Source: Octopus sinensis (taxonomy: Eukaryota). From it: a DNA stretch of 64,000 bases. The notes under the pieces were generated by a model. The model had not been told where the DNA came from. It saw only the letters and a program-made list of their open reading frames with translations, and ran no database searches. Positions 12,920 through 26,239 of the stretch are shown here, one piece after another; position 1 is the stretch's first letter; every line of letters begins with the position of its first letter. The translations under genes were made by a program, and so were the position numbers. Location of the stretch: the NCBI RefSeq assembly GCF_006345805.1, contig NC_042999.1:158658001-158722000 (forward strand), given 5' to 3'.

Positions 12920-13927
12920 TTTTCATGGGCAGCTCGATTACTCTTTACTCTCTTTTAGTCTTTTACTTGTTTCAGTCAGTCGACTGCGGCCATGCTGGAG
13001 CACCGCCTTTAGTCGAGCAACTCGACTCGTGACTTATTCTTTGTAAGCCCAGTACTTATTCTATCGGTCTCTTTTGCCGAACCGCTAAGTGACGGGGACA
13101 TAAACACACCAGCATCGGTTGTCAAGCAATGCTAGGGGGACAAACACAGACACACAAACATACACGCACACACACATATATATATATATAGCTATACATA
13201 TATACGACGGGCTTCTTTCAGTTTCCGTCTACCAAATCCACTCACAAGGCTTTGGTCGGCCCGAGGCTATATTAGAAGACACTTACCTAAGGTGCCACGC
13301 AGTGGGACTGAACCTGGAACCATGTGGTTAGTAAACAAGCTACTTACCACACAGCCACTCTTTAACTAAAAGCTTTGAAACGTCGTATACTGGTAGAATG
13401 TGTTATATAGAACATCTTTTACTCTGAGTGTTGTTGAGAAAAGTTTCTATTTTCGAAGTTATTTCGGGTTAAAGTTGTCTCATTTCGGCAATTTCAACGA
13501 ATCAACAACGTGTATTCAGCTGAATAAAATTACTACTGTTGTTTGTCAACAACTATCGACGGTGTATATTGCGTTTGTCATTCTTATCTGTGACATCGCA
13601 CTTGCGTTTGTACTGATTTTAACTTTTTAAAAATTACAATTTTTCTACTTCGTGTTAGGGTTTTAGGGTTAGGGTTAGGGTTAGGGTTTTAAGGTTAGGG
13701 TTAGTTGTTGTTGACAAACAACAGCAGTAATTTTATTCAGCTGAATACACGTCACTGATTGGTTGAAATTACCGAAATACAAATTTAACACGAAATAACT
13801 TCGAAAATAGAAACTTTTCTCAAAAACGCTAAGAGTAGAAGGTGTTCTATATGACACACTCTACCAGTATCGGAAGATTCAAAGTTTTTAGTTAAAGAAA
13901 ATTAATTAATTGAGTCGCCCAGTGAAG
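12920..13927. mobile_element. Long-TIR fold-back element (MITE) with internal (TTAGGG)n
   Basis: 13360-13555 is the reverse complement of ~13702-13897. Outer ends TTCATGGGCAGCTCGATTA / TAATTGAGTCGCCCAGTGAA also match. TTAGGG repeats at 13655-13704. Confidence 0.75.
12940..13360 (-). mobile_element. SINE family 1 inserted into the left TIR of a MITE
   Basis: High similarity to 4165-4641; interrupts the inverted repeat of 12920-13927. Confidence 0.85.
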
Positions 13928-14259
13928 TTACACATGTAAGTGTAACGTGAGGAATTTAACAAATAATATCGTTTCAATTCCATTCGTTATAGTTGGACCT
14001 GAAACTGATTAATTATAAACTACAATTTTTCATGATTTTAGTGTGTGTACAAAAAGACAGTAACAGTGACGTGAGGTTGTGATTAGCAACGAGGGAGCTC
14101 TTAGTTTGGTCGAAGAGCAGCCACTTATCCTTTAAATGACATCCAACCATCTTAAGACAGAACAATTGAAGGGACGAGAACCTCTGGGATAATTATATTT
14201 AGGCGTGAACTCACTCAAACGTGATATAGGATTGAAACACAACTACAACAGCCACAACG

Positions 14260-14515
14260 TCAACAACAGTAATTACTATTGCTTCTACAAGTGCCTCCAC
14301 CACCACCAACACTACCACTACCACCACTATAATCACCACCACTATAGTATAGATATTACTATTTATTACTACTACTACTACTACTACTACTACAACTACA
14401 ACTACTAATACTGCTGCTGTTGCTACTACTACTACTACCACCACCACCACCACCACCACCACCACCACCACCACCACTACTACTACTACTACTAGTAGTA
14501 GGAGTAGTAGTAGAA
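14260..14515. repeat. Compound (CAC)n/(TAC)n/(TAG)n trinucleotide microsatellite
   Basis: Direct reading. Confidence 0.9.
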
Positions 14516-14919
14516 AGTGGAACATGTGGTAGTGAGAAACAGACCACCACAGACTTACTTACACCTGCTTAAGCTTATTGTTTTCAATGTACAAGAGTCC
14601 TTTCGCCATAGATTAACGTCAGATAAACCCGTAATCTTTAACATTCATATCACGTAGATTAATGCACTTACTTTGCAACTTGATGAAGTCTACAGTTAAC
14701 GGCTGTACCTAACATTGCTTGATATAAATGTTAATTTTGTGAGATGAACAATGATTGCATTTCTTGCAGTAAGAGTTATTTTCGGTCCGTTAACTAAACG
14801 CATTCATTGGGTGAAAATTATGAAGATGAGCCCAATCGTCTGAAACAGGGGATATTCGCTTCACTTAAAGAATCGGAGCCATATAGCAAAAATATGAATA
14901 AATCTATTTCTATACATAT

Positions 14920-15030
14920 TACATTCTATCCTTTCGGGGTTGATAAATTAAGTACTAGTTGCGTACTGGTATCGATGTAATCGACTGGCCCCCTCCCCTA
15001 AAATTTCGGACCTTGTCCCTAGAATATAAA
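14920..15030 (+). mobile_element. SINE family 3 3' fragment
   Basis: ATCCTTTCGGGGTTGATAAATTAAGTAC...CCCTAAAATTTCGG matches 23222-23432. Confidence 0.65.
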
Positions 15031-16056
15031 AGAATGTGTTGAAAAAAGACGTTGAATCGTGTAGCCAAATAAAATATTTTCAAATATTATTTCAGCATGT
15101 GCTGTAATAACATAAGTGGAAATATTTTGTATTTAGACGATTTAGCGTCTATTTTGCAGCATTTTGGCAAATAATTTTTTTTTCTTTTTGCCCTTATTTC
15201 TAATTGTATCAATAATTTTCACCTCAAAAGGTATTTTTCATATGCTTGCCACTGATAAAACGTTTTGATACAATGTTATCCTTACACACACACAATCACA
15301 CACACACACACACACACATACACATACACACATATATATATGTATGTATGTGTATACATACACATATATATATATATATACACATATACACATATATATA
15401 GGCATGTATGTATATACATCACTTTGATCACCGACCAGTCCGTCGGGCGTCCACTTGATACCGCTGGTCACAGCACACTGTCCATTCCTCTCTAGATCGC
15501 GCCTTCCTCATCCATGTGGTCCCAATCGCCTTCCTAAAATCGTAACTTCACCATCGTGGAGGCCTTCCGAGTTGTCGTTTCCGCTCTTGCGGGTACAACT
15601 CGAAACTTGGATGTCAATTCCTGGATGTTGAACCTTGGACCCAGATGTGACAGAAATTATTTTAGATTTGACAAAAATTCTGGCGAATTCCTGGATTATA
15701 AAATAAATCCATAAATGCCTAAAACAAATCACAAAGTGCATAAAGTAAACAGGCAATCATAGCTTCCAGAATCCAATTGAACAACTTTGTCTCACAGAAA
15801 AATCTTTCAAAAACTGGGGATGTAAACTTATCTCTGCTTATCAAGGTTTGCCAAGGTCTAGCCAATTTGTTATAGTTTCACAGTTTTGGCTAATAAAACG
15901 TAGCTTCCCCCATTTTTACAATGGACTTCATCCTTATCTTACAATGCAGCATGAAAGATTTTACCTGTTTAGCTTAACACTATATTTTATAGTTTCCTAA
16001 CAATACACACACTCACATATATATAACCGTGGAGTGTCTGTATGCATGTTAGTGCG

Positions 16057-16117
<61 letters not shown>

Positions 16118-16293
16118 TGTATGTATCAATTTTATAGTATAAGTATATTATATTATATTATATTAAATTAGAGATAAAACCACTATTAGGCAAATCAAAC
16201 AATGAAAAACATAAGCCAATACATAAAATTAATTAATTTATATTTTAAATATATATCAAAAGTATTAAAAGTTTAATAAAAGATAAAGAGTAA

Positions 16294-16368
16294 AACACTA
16301 CGATCGTTTCATGGCTGTACAATTCGTAATAATTTTCGAGTTATGGTTACAGTCAATCTTCAGGTTAA
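16294..16368 (-). ncRNA. Type I hammerhead core with eroded stem I
   Basis: Minus strand CTGAAGA-TTGACTGTA...TACAGCCAT-GAAAC-GATC-GTA with palindromic stem III (ACGATCGT). Lies in an AT-rich unit between (TA)n tracts. Confidence 0.5.
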
Positions 16369-16389
16369 TTGAAATACCTAAAATATCTA

Positions 16390-16429
<40 letters not shown>

Positions 16430-16505
16430 GTGTGTGGTGTGTTGTGTGGTGTGTGTGGTTGTGTGTGTGTGTGTGTGTTGTATGTGTGTGTGTGTGTGTG
16501 TGTGG

Positions 16506-16542
<37 letters not shown>

Positions 16543-17090
16543 ATATATAAACAGAGTTAGCGGTTATAGTAGCTGACTAAGGGTAAAATATTCGTATATA
16601 TTCTATCGGTATTCGTTATCTTCATTATACCCGGACAGAGGTGTGCTGGCACACCGTACACGTAGAGTGCAGATAACAACAGGATAACCAAGAGTTTATA
16701 AGGGACCAATACAAATAATTAGAAAATGGAGAAAACCACACAGTAACAAACACATTCATTGGACCACATTTATAGCTTACTTTTTTAATATAAAGCGAGA
16801 CATAACAAAATAGGGGACTTAACGTTGTTATGTCATGCTTTGTATAAAAAAATAAGCTATAAATGTGGTCCAGTCGATGTTTCTTAATTCGTGCTTTTCT
16901 CCATTTTCTAATCACACACACACACACATATAAATTACGGGTGAGTGGTTTTGAAACTGTCTCAGGGATAAAAGTATCCTTAGGCACTACTGGTGCTTCC
17001 TTTTTCCTTTTTGCTTTGCCTTTTCTTTTTTCCCTTTTTCTCCTGTCAACCTTCGATCTCCTCTCAATATTCCTCTGGTAAAGTTCAAAT

Positions 17091-17162
17091 CATTGTAATG
17101 ATGTTTGTTACATGGAACGAGTAAATACAAACCCAAAATACAAACTGAAACAGCTGTAAATG
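17091..17162 (+). ncRNA. Degenerate type I hammerhead motif
   Basis: CATT-GTAATGA(core with 2 changes)-tGTTTGT...ACAAACt-GAAAC-AGCT-GTA-AATG. Confidence 0.45.
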
Positions 17163-17248
17163 TTATCTTAATCATAATTAAACTATGATCATTCAATACT
17201 TATGATCAACTTCTAATTGTTACATGTTACTCTATTTCTTCTCTTCTC

Positions 17249-17249
<1 letters not shown>

Positions 17250-17318
<69 letters not shown>

Positions 17319-17319
17319 G

Positions 17320-17370
<51 letters not shown>
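17250..17370. repeat. (ATCT)n microsatellite
   Basis: Direct reading. Confidence 0.95.
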
Positions 17371-17789
17371 CAAATTTTATTTAATTTGATTTTCGCGGGA
17401 AGGAGAGTTTCATTGAAGTCATGTATCGCCTTGACCTTCGAAACGCGGAGTAGATGAAACAAAGGCTACTGAAGAAGGGGAATTTTCCTTGTTTTGTATG
17501 TCCTGTACTCTATTTTTTCGTTGTTTAAGAAAAATGTCCATTTCCTTGGCTTGGTTTTGTGTTTATCTTTTCGTTTCTCATTGTGTTCGACGTTTTTTGG
17601 GTGTCCTGTACCCATATATGCATGTATATATACATGTAGAGGTAGGTACGTACATATATGTATGTATATATGCATATGTTTTATTTATTTATTAATTTAT
17701 TATATGACGGAACGCACGCATCCATTTCTAAGTAAGATTTTCTTAATATATATATATATATGTGTGTGTGTGTATGTGTGTGTGTGTGT

Positions 17790-17970
17790 GTAAGTATGTA
17801 TGTATGTGTCTTTATATCTGAGTTTGTCCCCACTAAATCGCTTGACAACTGATGTTGGTGTGTTTACACAACGCTTCGGCAAAAGAGTACTAGGCTTACA
17901 AAGAATAAGTCCTGGGGTCGATTGCTTCGGCTAAAAACATTTTGAGGCGGTGTCCAGCATGGCCTCAGTA
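17790..17970 (+). mobile_element. SINE family 1 3' fragment
   Basis: CGCTTGACAACTGATG...TCCAGCATGGCC matches family 1. Confidence 0.65.
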
Positions 17971-18018
17971 AAGTAAAAATAAAGAAAAGAAAACAATAAA
18001 TGTATATATATGTATATA

Positions 18019-18450
18019 CAGTGCTTGGACAAAATAATGGAAACACCTTAAAATTTCAAACAAATTAATTTTAACATGGGATAGGACCGCCTTGGCAGTA
18101 ATTACGGCTTGAATTCTATGAGGTTCGTACAAAGTAAGTTTTGTCCATTCTTCAGTTAAAACAGTCCCCGGTTCTTGTAGTGAGGATGAAGGAGGATATC
18201 AACTCCTTACTCGTTTTTCTAAAATGTGCCATAAATGTTCAATAACATTGAGATCTGGGGGACTGTGGTGGCCAGATAACATGTTCAACTTCACTAAATG
18301 TTCCACGTGCCATTCAGTAACAACTTTAGCTGTGTGAATTGGTGCATTATAATCCCGAAAGATTGCGTTTCCCTCCAGAAACACTTCCGCAGCCACAGGA
18401 TGAATACGATGAGATAAAATGCTTAAATAGTCGTAGTGTTAATTCTGCTG
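18019..18450 (-). mobile_element. Tc1-like transposon 3' remnant with TIR
   Basis: TA+CAGTG terminus at 18017-18023. Minus frame IFRDYNAPIHTAKVVTEW...SPPDLNVIEHLWHILE corresponds to the DNAP/SPDLNPIE (DD34E) motifs. Confidence 0.8.
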
Positions 18451-18459
18451 CTAATATCC

Positions 18460-18897
18460 ACAGAGCATGAGGTGAGGGGTCCACAAGTGATCAGCGAACA
18501 CATAGTATGAAGGTGGTTTCAGAAATTCCGTTGTGGTGATGAGATCCTTGAAGATGAAGAAGGTGGAGGACGGTCTGTGCAGTCTTGACAATAAACAATT
18601 GAAAGCAATTATTGAATAAAACTTGCGTCAAAGAAATGTCTCAGGCACTTGGTGTCGGTATTACAACGGTCTCACGTAATCTTCAGAAAAAGCTCGATAA
18701 GTGGGTACCGCATGCGCTCAAGGAAAATCAAAAAGTTCAGCGTATTGAAGTGTGTTCGATGTTCTTTCTGCGAAACGCCAATGATCCTTTTCTTGACCGA
18801 ATACTCACTTGTGACGAAAAGTGGATCATTTATGATAACCGTAAACAATCAGGTCAATGACTTGATCGTAATGAGTCCCCCAAACATTTCCCAGAGC
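18460..18897 (+). mobile_element. mariner transposase remnant
   Basis: KLDKWVPHALKENQKVQRIEVC...DPFLDRILTCDEKWIIYDNRK (WVPHEL and TGDEKW motifs). Truncated by a SINE. Confidence 0.85.
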
Positions 18898-19285
18898 CAG
18901 GAGTGGCTGTGTGGTAAGAAGCTTGCTTCCCAACCGCATGGTTTCGGGTTCAGTCCCACTGCGTGGCACCTTGGACAAGTGTCTTCTACTATAGCCTCGG
19001 GCCGACCAAAGCCTTGTGAGTGGATTTGATAGACGGAAACTGAAAGAAGCCCGTCGTATATATATGTGTATAAGTGTATGTATGCGTTTGGTATTTGTAC
19101 CTGTGTTTGTCCCCCTCACCATCGCTTGACAACCGATGCTGGTGTGTTTACGTCCCCTCACTAAGCGGTTCTACGAAAGATTCCGATAGAATAAGTACTA
19201 GGCTTACAAAGAATAGGTCCTGGAGTCGATCTATTCGATTAAAGGTGGTGCTCCAGCATGACCGCAGTCAAATGACTGAAAACAA
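18898..19285 (+). mobile_element. SINE family 1
   Basis: Head CAGGAGTGGCTGTGTGGTAAG and the full body. Confidence 0.85.
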
Positions 19286-19289
19286 GTAT

Positions 19290-19640
19290 AAACATATATA
19301 TATATATATAAATGTATATAATATGTATATATATATATAGTATATACATATATATATACATATATATATATATAATATATATAATATATATATATATATA
19401 TATAATATATATTATATATATATATATATATATAATATATATGTGTGTATATATATAAAGAGAGAGAGAGAGGAGAGAGAAAAGAGATGTATATATGTTA
19501 TGTATATCTATATATATATATATATTATATATTATAATATATATATATATATGATGTAATACTATATATATATCTATATAGATATATAGATATATACTAC
19601 ATATTATATATATATACTCATATATATATATACATATATA
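19290..19640. repeat. Degenerate (TA)n/(GA)n low-complexity tract
   Basis: Direct reading. Confidence 0.9.
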
Positions 19641-20511
19641 TAAGGGACGTTAATAGATATATAGACAATATGTGCGTGCCTGTGGGTGTGATTACTTCCC
19701 ATAAGTGTCGAACTGTTCAGGAAAATTGAAACTGGCTTAAAACAGCTTTTCGACTTTTATACGTGACATGACAAAAAACAGTATAACCCCACTCTCGTGG
19801 AAATTGAATTTTTAGTTTTTTTCAGATTGCATTTGCTTTTGGTTACTTTCAACATTTACACAATACTAGAACTTAGATGCACTGTCGAATTGCTGTCAAA
19901 CTACTCTCTTGAAAGCATGTACATATTCTTAACTTCGTGTTCTGAATTACAAGTAGAATGTTTTAGAATATTTCTTTTATATATCGGATTTAACAAGAGA
20001 TCTCTTTTACTTGAAAATACTAAAGGTAATACTCAAGTTTACTAGTCACTGCATTTTGTCGAATTCATAAGTTTATAAAAGAGAAACGACTGTATGATGT
20101 TGGTGTGCCACATGTGTCATTTTCAGTTTGTTGTATATAAATTAAATTTATGGTGAATAAATTTCCTTTTTCTACTGTACAAATATTTCACGTAAATATG
20201 ATTCTTTTAAGTGTTTTATTCAATGTGTTTCTCGCCGGGTTTTCTTGGGTCAAATAAAGGTTACTATCCCTTGGGCATATATTACGAACTGAAACTGTTT
20301 TCTGCTTTTTCAATATGTGCCTAAAGCATGTGTAGGATAAACTACACACAAAAGCACATTCTCTGTCACTCTCTCTCTCTCACACACACATACACGAACA
20401 CACATACACACATGAATACATGCATACATACATGCTTACTTACATACATACATAATGCAAGTAGGATTCAAATCCTAGTTGTATCCCCTTGAATCATATC
20501 TGTTTAATCTA

Positions 20512-21061
20512 TTGGGTTGTCCGGAAAGTTCGTGCCGATTTTAAAGGAAATGAAAAGGTCAATAAATACTTACCATTATATTTTTAATCAACCAAATATG
20601 AACCATTTTTTGGCGCAATGCGTCTCCATATTTCCTTTAACTTGAAAATACCCTCCTCTCAGAATTGAGTTGGTTTCATGGCAAAGAATTCATCAAGATA
20701 TCTTTTTACGTCATCCAAGAAATTGAAATTTTTACCATCAATACTATACTGCAGAGACCTGAATAAGTGGATATCCGGAGCAATATCTGGTGAATATAGA
20801 GTGTGGCGTAATACATCCTAGACGAGCTGCACCAAATGTTGTCTGGTTCCCAAAGCATCAAGTGCCGAAAATGAACTTTCTTCCATTTTAAAGGGTTACA
20901 GAATTAACACAGGAACATAAACCTTCTTCCACGAAAAGATAGCCTAAACTGTGCTCTAAATAGAAGTGTAGTCAAATCCTATTTTATGGACTCAACCATG
21001 TTCTAAAATAAGTCGAAAGGTAAGCTACAATAAATCGGCACGAACTTTCCGGACGACCCAG
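20512..21061 (-). mobile_element. Internally deleted mariner element (MITE) with intact TIRs
   Basis: TIRs TTGGGTTGTCCGGAAAGTTCGTGCCGATTT / AAATCGGCACGAACTTTCCGGACGACCCAG, flanked by TA. The minus strand retains a YSPDIAPDIHLFRSL (YSPDLAP-like) segment. Confidence 0.9.
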
Positions 21062-21399
21062 TACTATTCGAATTGTGTGTATAGTAATTACAGTCAATTG
21101 TGCATGTAGTTATTAGTGTAAAAAATTCCGGGAATATTTTTTGCAAAGTAATTGTATTTCAAAATAAGCGGTTGGAAAATGTTTTTGTTACTAGTTATTC
21201 ACCATTACACATTAACAGGAATTACAAATTTGTAGGTAAACATATAAGAAATTTCATAATAGAAATTCTTCAGACATATATCAATGTACATACATGCATA
21301 CACCTTTTCACACATACACATATATGCATATAAAGATACACTTACACATCCACAACACACACACATCCTCACAAATCCAACATATACATAATTAAAAAA

Positions 21400-22900
21400 C
21401 TAGAAATCGCTATAAAAATGTTAGTATATTCAGATAAAAATGGAAACGTTTACAACTTTTGTATTCAGAGATATAATAAACTTAATATAAAAGAATTATA
21501 TAAAAATTATATAAAAAAGCTCTGAATCGATTTTAGACAATATCAACTCAACAGGACTTAAAATAGCAAATTACCTTAATATTAATGATCAAACTATAGC
21601 TCATGAACCTACGACCCCGAGAACTACTTAAAGGATCATAAACATAATTTCGCGGAAAGTCCTGCAATAAGAACAATTTGCCCCTTTAAATCTGATATTG
21701 GTAGAATGAGTAAAGAAATATTTTGATCGCATTACTCCTTTTTTAAGATCAATTATTTCTCTTAATCTCTGGACTGATTGTTTAACCGTGATAGATTGGG
21801 TCATCAACCTCAAGGACAAAACGAACATGAAACTTCTACAAATTGATATAAATAACTATTACTCATCAATTATTTCTACTCTGCTTAACAAAGCTCTTAT
21901 TTTTACTGTGAAAAATACTAATCTTGACAAAAAGAAATTCATATAATTCTGAAGCTGGAAAAACTATTATCAAATCTGGCAATAAATTATGAAAGAGAAT
22001 AAATCGACCTGATAATTTCGATATAACTACGTGATCCAGTGACTTCACTGGGGCCGAAGACTTTGTAGAAATACACTTATATAATATTCAATTACATTTC
22101 GTTTCTATTCGGGGAGGATTATATCGTGAAGATTCTCTTTTCTACTTTTAAAAACATAGTAGCGTAAGCATATATATATACATATAAAAAAAAGCAAAAA
22201 GAAAATCATTGTTTTTTTTCTAAATTTTCATGCTTTCTATTACTGAAAAATCTAATTTTAAAACAGCTTATGTTTTAGATGTTTCATTCAGTTTAAAATT
22301 TGGTATATATAAGCCATATCACAATATTAATGAAAATCAGCAATACATAAACAAAAATTCCACCAGCTAAGTGCAATAATAAAATCATTTATAAATAGCA
22401 TTTCACATCACACTTCTAAAATTTAGGCGAACGAAGAAATATTAGGATGATTACTAAAATTCTGTTCTTTCTAGAGCTGGCTATAAAAGTTAAAGGGATA
22501 TATTACTAATACGAAGGATAAACAAGAATCACGTAATAATAATAATAACAATAAAAAAATAATAATAATGATAAAACATATTTAATAGGTTAAATAAGGA
22601 ACTTATCAACACAAAATGTCTTAAAACTTATAATCCTAAAGATAAGTCAAATAATAATGATCAAATCCATACATTATATGTTAATCACTACTACAGTAAT
22701 AAATTTAATAAATGTAAATGCAAATCTTATTATACTAATAATTATAAAATCCCTACTGAAAACTATAAAAAAAATAAAAATTATCAGCCTAATAAACCAT
22801 TCAACAGACTAGCAATATATGCTGTAATGTTCCATTTACTAGTCATGTATCTAGTAAAATATCTTTATTCTCTCAAGCATTATAAATACACTTTTAGTCT
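21400..22900 (+). pseudogene. Heavily decayed Penelope-like reverse transcriptase
   Basis: Residual DINNYYSSI (FDIxNFYPSI-like), GLYREDSL (YRDD-like) and YKPYHN.NE..QYINKN segments in an AT-rich stretch full of stops. Confidence 0.55.
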
Positions 22901-23221
22901 AATAATAAATACCATAAATACTCAATAACCACAATAAAATTCTCATATTCTACAACACCTACTTAGGTGATATTATCTCTTCCTTGAACTATAAAAAGCT
23001 AAATAATATTAATAATTATCATTCTCGTAATAATAACAATTATGTAGATATTATGAATACAATTTCTATTCCAAATAACTCTACTACAACTGCTGCTTCT
23101 TTATTGTTACAGCTGTTTCTGATACTGCTGCTGTAGCTGCTATTATTACTGTAATAGTAGTAGTGGTGGTTACGATAATAGTAATGATAATAACCACGGC
23201 GATAATAATATTGGTGGTGGT

Positions 23222-23432
23222 AAGGCGGCAAACCGGCAGGAACGTTAGTACGTCGGGCCAAGTGCTTAGCGGTATTTCGCTTGTCTTTAAGCTCTTTAAG
23301 TTCAAATTCTGCCGAGTTCGACTTTGCCTTTCATCCTTTGAGGGCCAACGAATTAAATATCAGCTGCGTACTGAGGTCGATCTAATCGACTGACCCTCTC
23401 CTCCAAAATTTCGGGCATTGTGCCTAGAATAG
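23222..23432 (+). mobile_element. SINE family 3 (tRNA-like head, Meta-like central domain)
   Basis: GGCGGC..ACCGGCAG..ACGTTAG head, GTTCAAATTC B box, GCCTTTCATCCTT motif. Confidence 0.75.
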
Positions 23433-23593
23433 TAAGGAAAAGAATAATGGTGCTGGTGGTAACTATGATTTTAATAATACAACTAGTCGTAAAAAAACTG
23501 TTACAATATTGGTAATAATTCGCATAACATCAACAGTACTGATTATAATAATATATATTACGGTGTTGATAGTGCTCGCTGTAACACCAGATC

Positions 23594-23653
<60 letters not shown>

Positions 23654-23929
23654 CGGTTATGTAAGTGTGTGTATGTGTATCTGTATACATTCAGGAACAT
23701 ATTTCCATGCGTTACATATGCACATACATAAGTATGTATGTATGTATGTATGTATGTATGTATGTATGTATGTGTGTACACCCAGATACACATTCTGAAA
23801 TATTGTAATTCATATTAAACACTTTTAAAAACAATTTCCGCTACTAACGCAAATACCAAAATCATATTCATGTGTAAAGCTTTTTGTGCTCATACACACA
23901 CACACACACACACACACACAGCATACCAC

Positions 23930-23977
<48 letters not shown>

Positions 23978-23980
<3 letters not shown>

Positions 23981-25095
23981 CTCGACATTGCCAAGGCCTT
24001 TGAGAAACCGATCACGGAATATGTCACAAATTGTCTGAACTCGGTATTGCTGTTTGACTGGGAGAGTGGTTGCATGATTTCGTGAAGGGCAGTAGTTAGA
24101 CTGTCACAGCAAATGGTGCTCTCACTGAGTGACGCTAATCCTCAGCGGATTCCCCCAGGGAACAGTGCTGGGACTACTACTGTTTGTGGTTGCTCTCTAG
24201 GACATGCCCTCAGCCATAGAGTTGGCCACACTCACCAGCTACACTGAAGATACTACCGGATCGCAGGCGGTCAAGGACCCTGCTGACAACCTAAGACTGC
24301 AGAATGACCTGAACACTAAATATAAATGGGCAGATGAGATTAATATGCAGTTCAATGCCGAAAAATCTCAGACACTCCGCTAATTGGCCACAAATATACT
24401 ACAACTGGTACAGGGTACCAGCAGGCAATGTAATCCCAGAGATAGAGTCGCGGAAATCCACATGAGCAACGATGCAAAGTTTGATGTGCACATTGCTCAG
24501 ATGGCAACACTATGCAGTCGGGTGGCAGGTTGGATCCTTAGATCTTTCAGGATCAGGAACAGAGACACAATGCTTTTGCTTTAAAGAACTTTTTTCCTCA
24601 GTCGTCGGGGCTATTGCTCCCAACTGTGGTCACCACAGAGCGTAAAAATGATTGCGGAACTAGAGGCGATCCAACGCCACTACACAAAGAAGATAGACTC
24701 AGTAAAGCACATGGGCTACTGGGAGAGGTTGAAGGAACTGGATCACTACTCCCTGGAGAGGTGACGTGAGAGATATGCAGATATACATATGGAAAATAAT
24801 GTGGGCTCTAGCTACAAATTTCGGAATTGTAATCTACAACAATCCCTGAACTGGACGGCGCTGCATCGTACCAAATGTCCCATTCGTCCATCGGGATACG
24901 AACCACATATTGTAATAGGCTGGAATTCAAGGCACCACAACCTTTTAATGCCCTACCACAGAACATCAGGGATCTGCGAGGTGTAGACATTTAAGTCTTC
25001 AAAAAACATATAGACAGTTTTTTTATCTGCAATACCGGATGAACCCACATCGCGGCGAGGGGCACAACGAAGAGCGGCAACTTTCAACTCGCTAC
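23978..25095 (+). pseudogene. Decayed CR1/L2-group LINE reverse transcriptase
   Basis: YLDIAKAF, SGFPQGTVLGLLLF, YTEDT (YADD position), LQNDL, YCSQLWSP and LEAIQR..TKKI segments, broken by stops and frameshifts. Confidence 0.8.
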
Positions 25096-25533
25096 ATATA
25101 TGTATGCATGTATATATATAATATATATATATATATATATGCATCTTTACTTTTTTGTTGATGTTGCTGTTTATGTGTGCGAGTGCGTGTGTGTGTGTGC
25201 ACGCGAGTGTGTATGAATCCTATTGTATCATTATTATATCAGTTTTCCCAACTAGAATTTTTTTATTTATATATATACACACATATATTTTCTGGGTTCG
25301 CATATGAACACACATATGTAGGTATGCATGTATGTATGTATGTATGTATGTATGTATGTATGTATGTATGTATGTATTTATATATGTATGTATGTATGTA
25401 ATGTATGTATGTATGTATGTATGTATGTGTGTGTGTGTCCGTATGTATATATGCACGATGATATATCTTTGTATGCCTTTTTGAATATGCGTGTAATTGC
25501 TTATGCACGTCAACAATGTGTGTATATATACAT

Positions 25534-25568
<35 letters not shown>

Positions 25569-25591
25569 CATACATACATACATATATATGT

Positions 25592-25671
<80 letters not shown>

Positions 25672-25679
25672 AAGAGATA

Positions 25680-25872
25680 GAGAGCAAGGTTATGTTCAAT
25701 GAGATTGTAAACAGCTGCTGAAATGGATATATATATATATATATATATATACATCTGAGTGTATGTGTGGGATCCTGACAAATAATATATCATACTGTAC
25801 TCCATTATAATAACGAATCCATATCCATTTCAGCAGCTGTTTACCATCTCATTGAACATAACCTTGATCTCT
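25680..25872. repeat. ~50-bp inverted repeat enclosing (TA)n
   Basis: CAAGGTTATGTTCAATGAGAT.GTAAACAGCTGCTGAAATGGATAT and its reverse complement at ~25821-25866. Confidence 0.85.
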
Positions 25873-26239
25873 TTGTAGTATAAGCCCAAGGAATTCACGT
25901 AGGCAAGCTCGAAACTGACTAAGCTCATAATACCTCTTTAATTGCATTACCATCCCTATTATGCAAATATGTGCTTTGAATAAATTTAGCTGCTAAATTT
26001 AGCAGGTTGAGAGGCCTCTAAATGTAAACACCAAACTACTGATGTGACAATATATTTTGAATTTTTACTCTCCCTCACTATACATGTTCATTTATTCTTA
26101 AATCCAAGGTCTTTTCCATGAATATTTTTGTAAATGATTGATTATCGAATCATATACGTACCAATACACATATGTATGCAAAATGTTTTAACAGAAACAT
26201 ACGTATACGCGCCGACACCAACACTAAGACATCCATAAT

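Noticed and set aside
13655-13704. True telomere or chromosome-fusion site
   Set aside because: Short, imperfect, single orientation and internal to a TIR element.
3582-25805. Many YIYI/HTHT/CVCV ORFs in the ORF track
   Set aside because: Translations of (TA)n, (CA)n and (TATG)n microsatellites with no coding signal.
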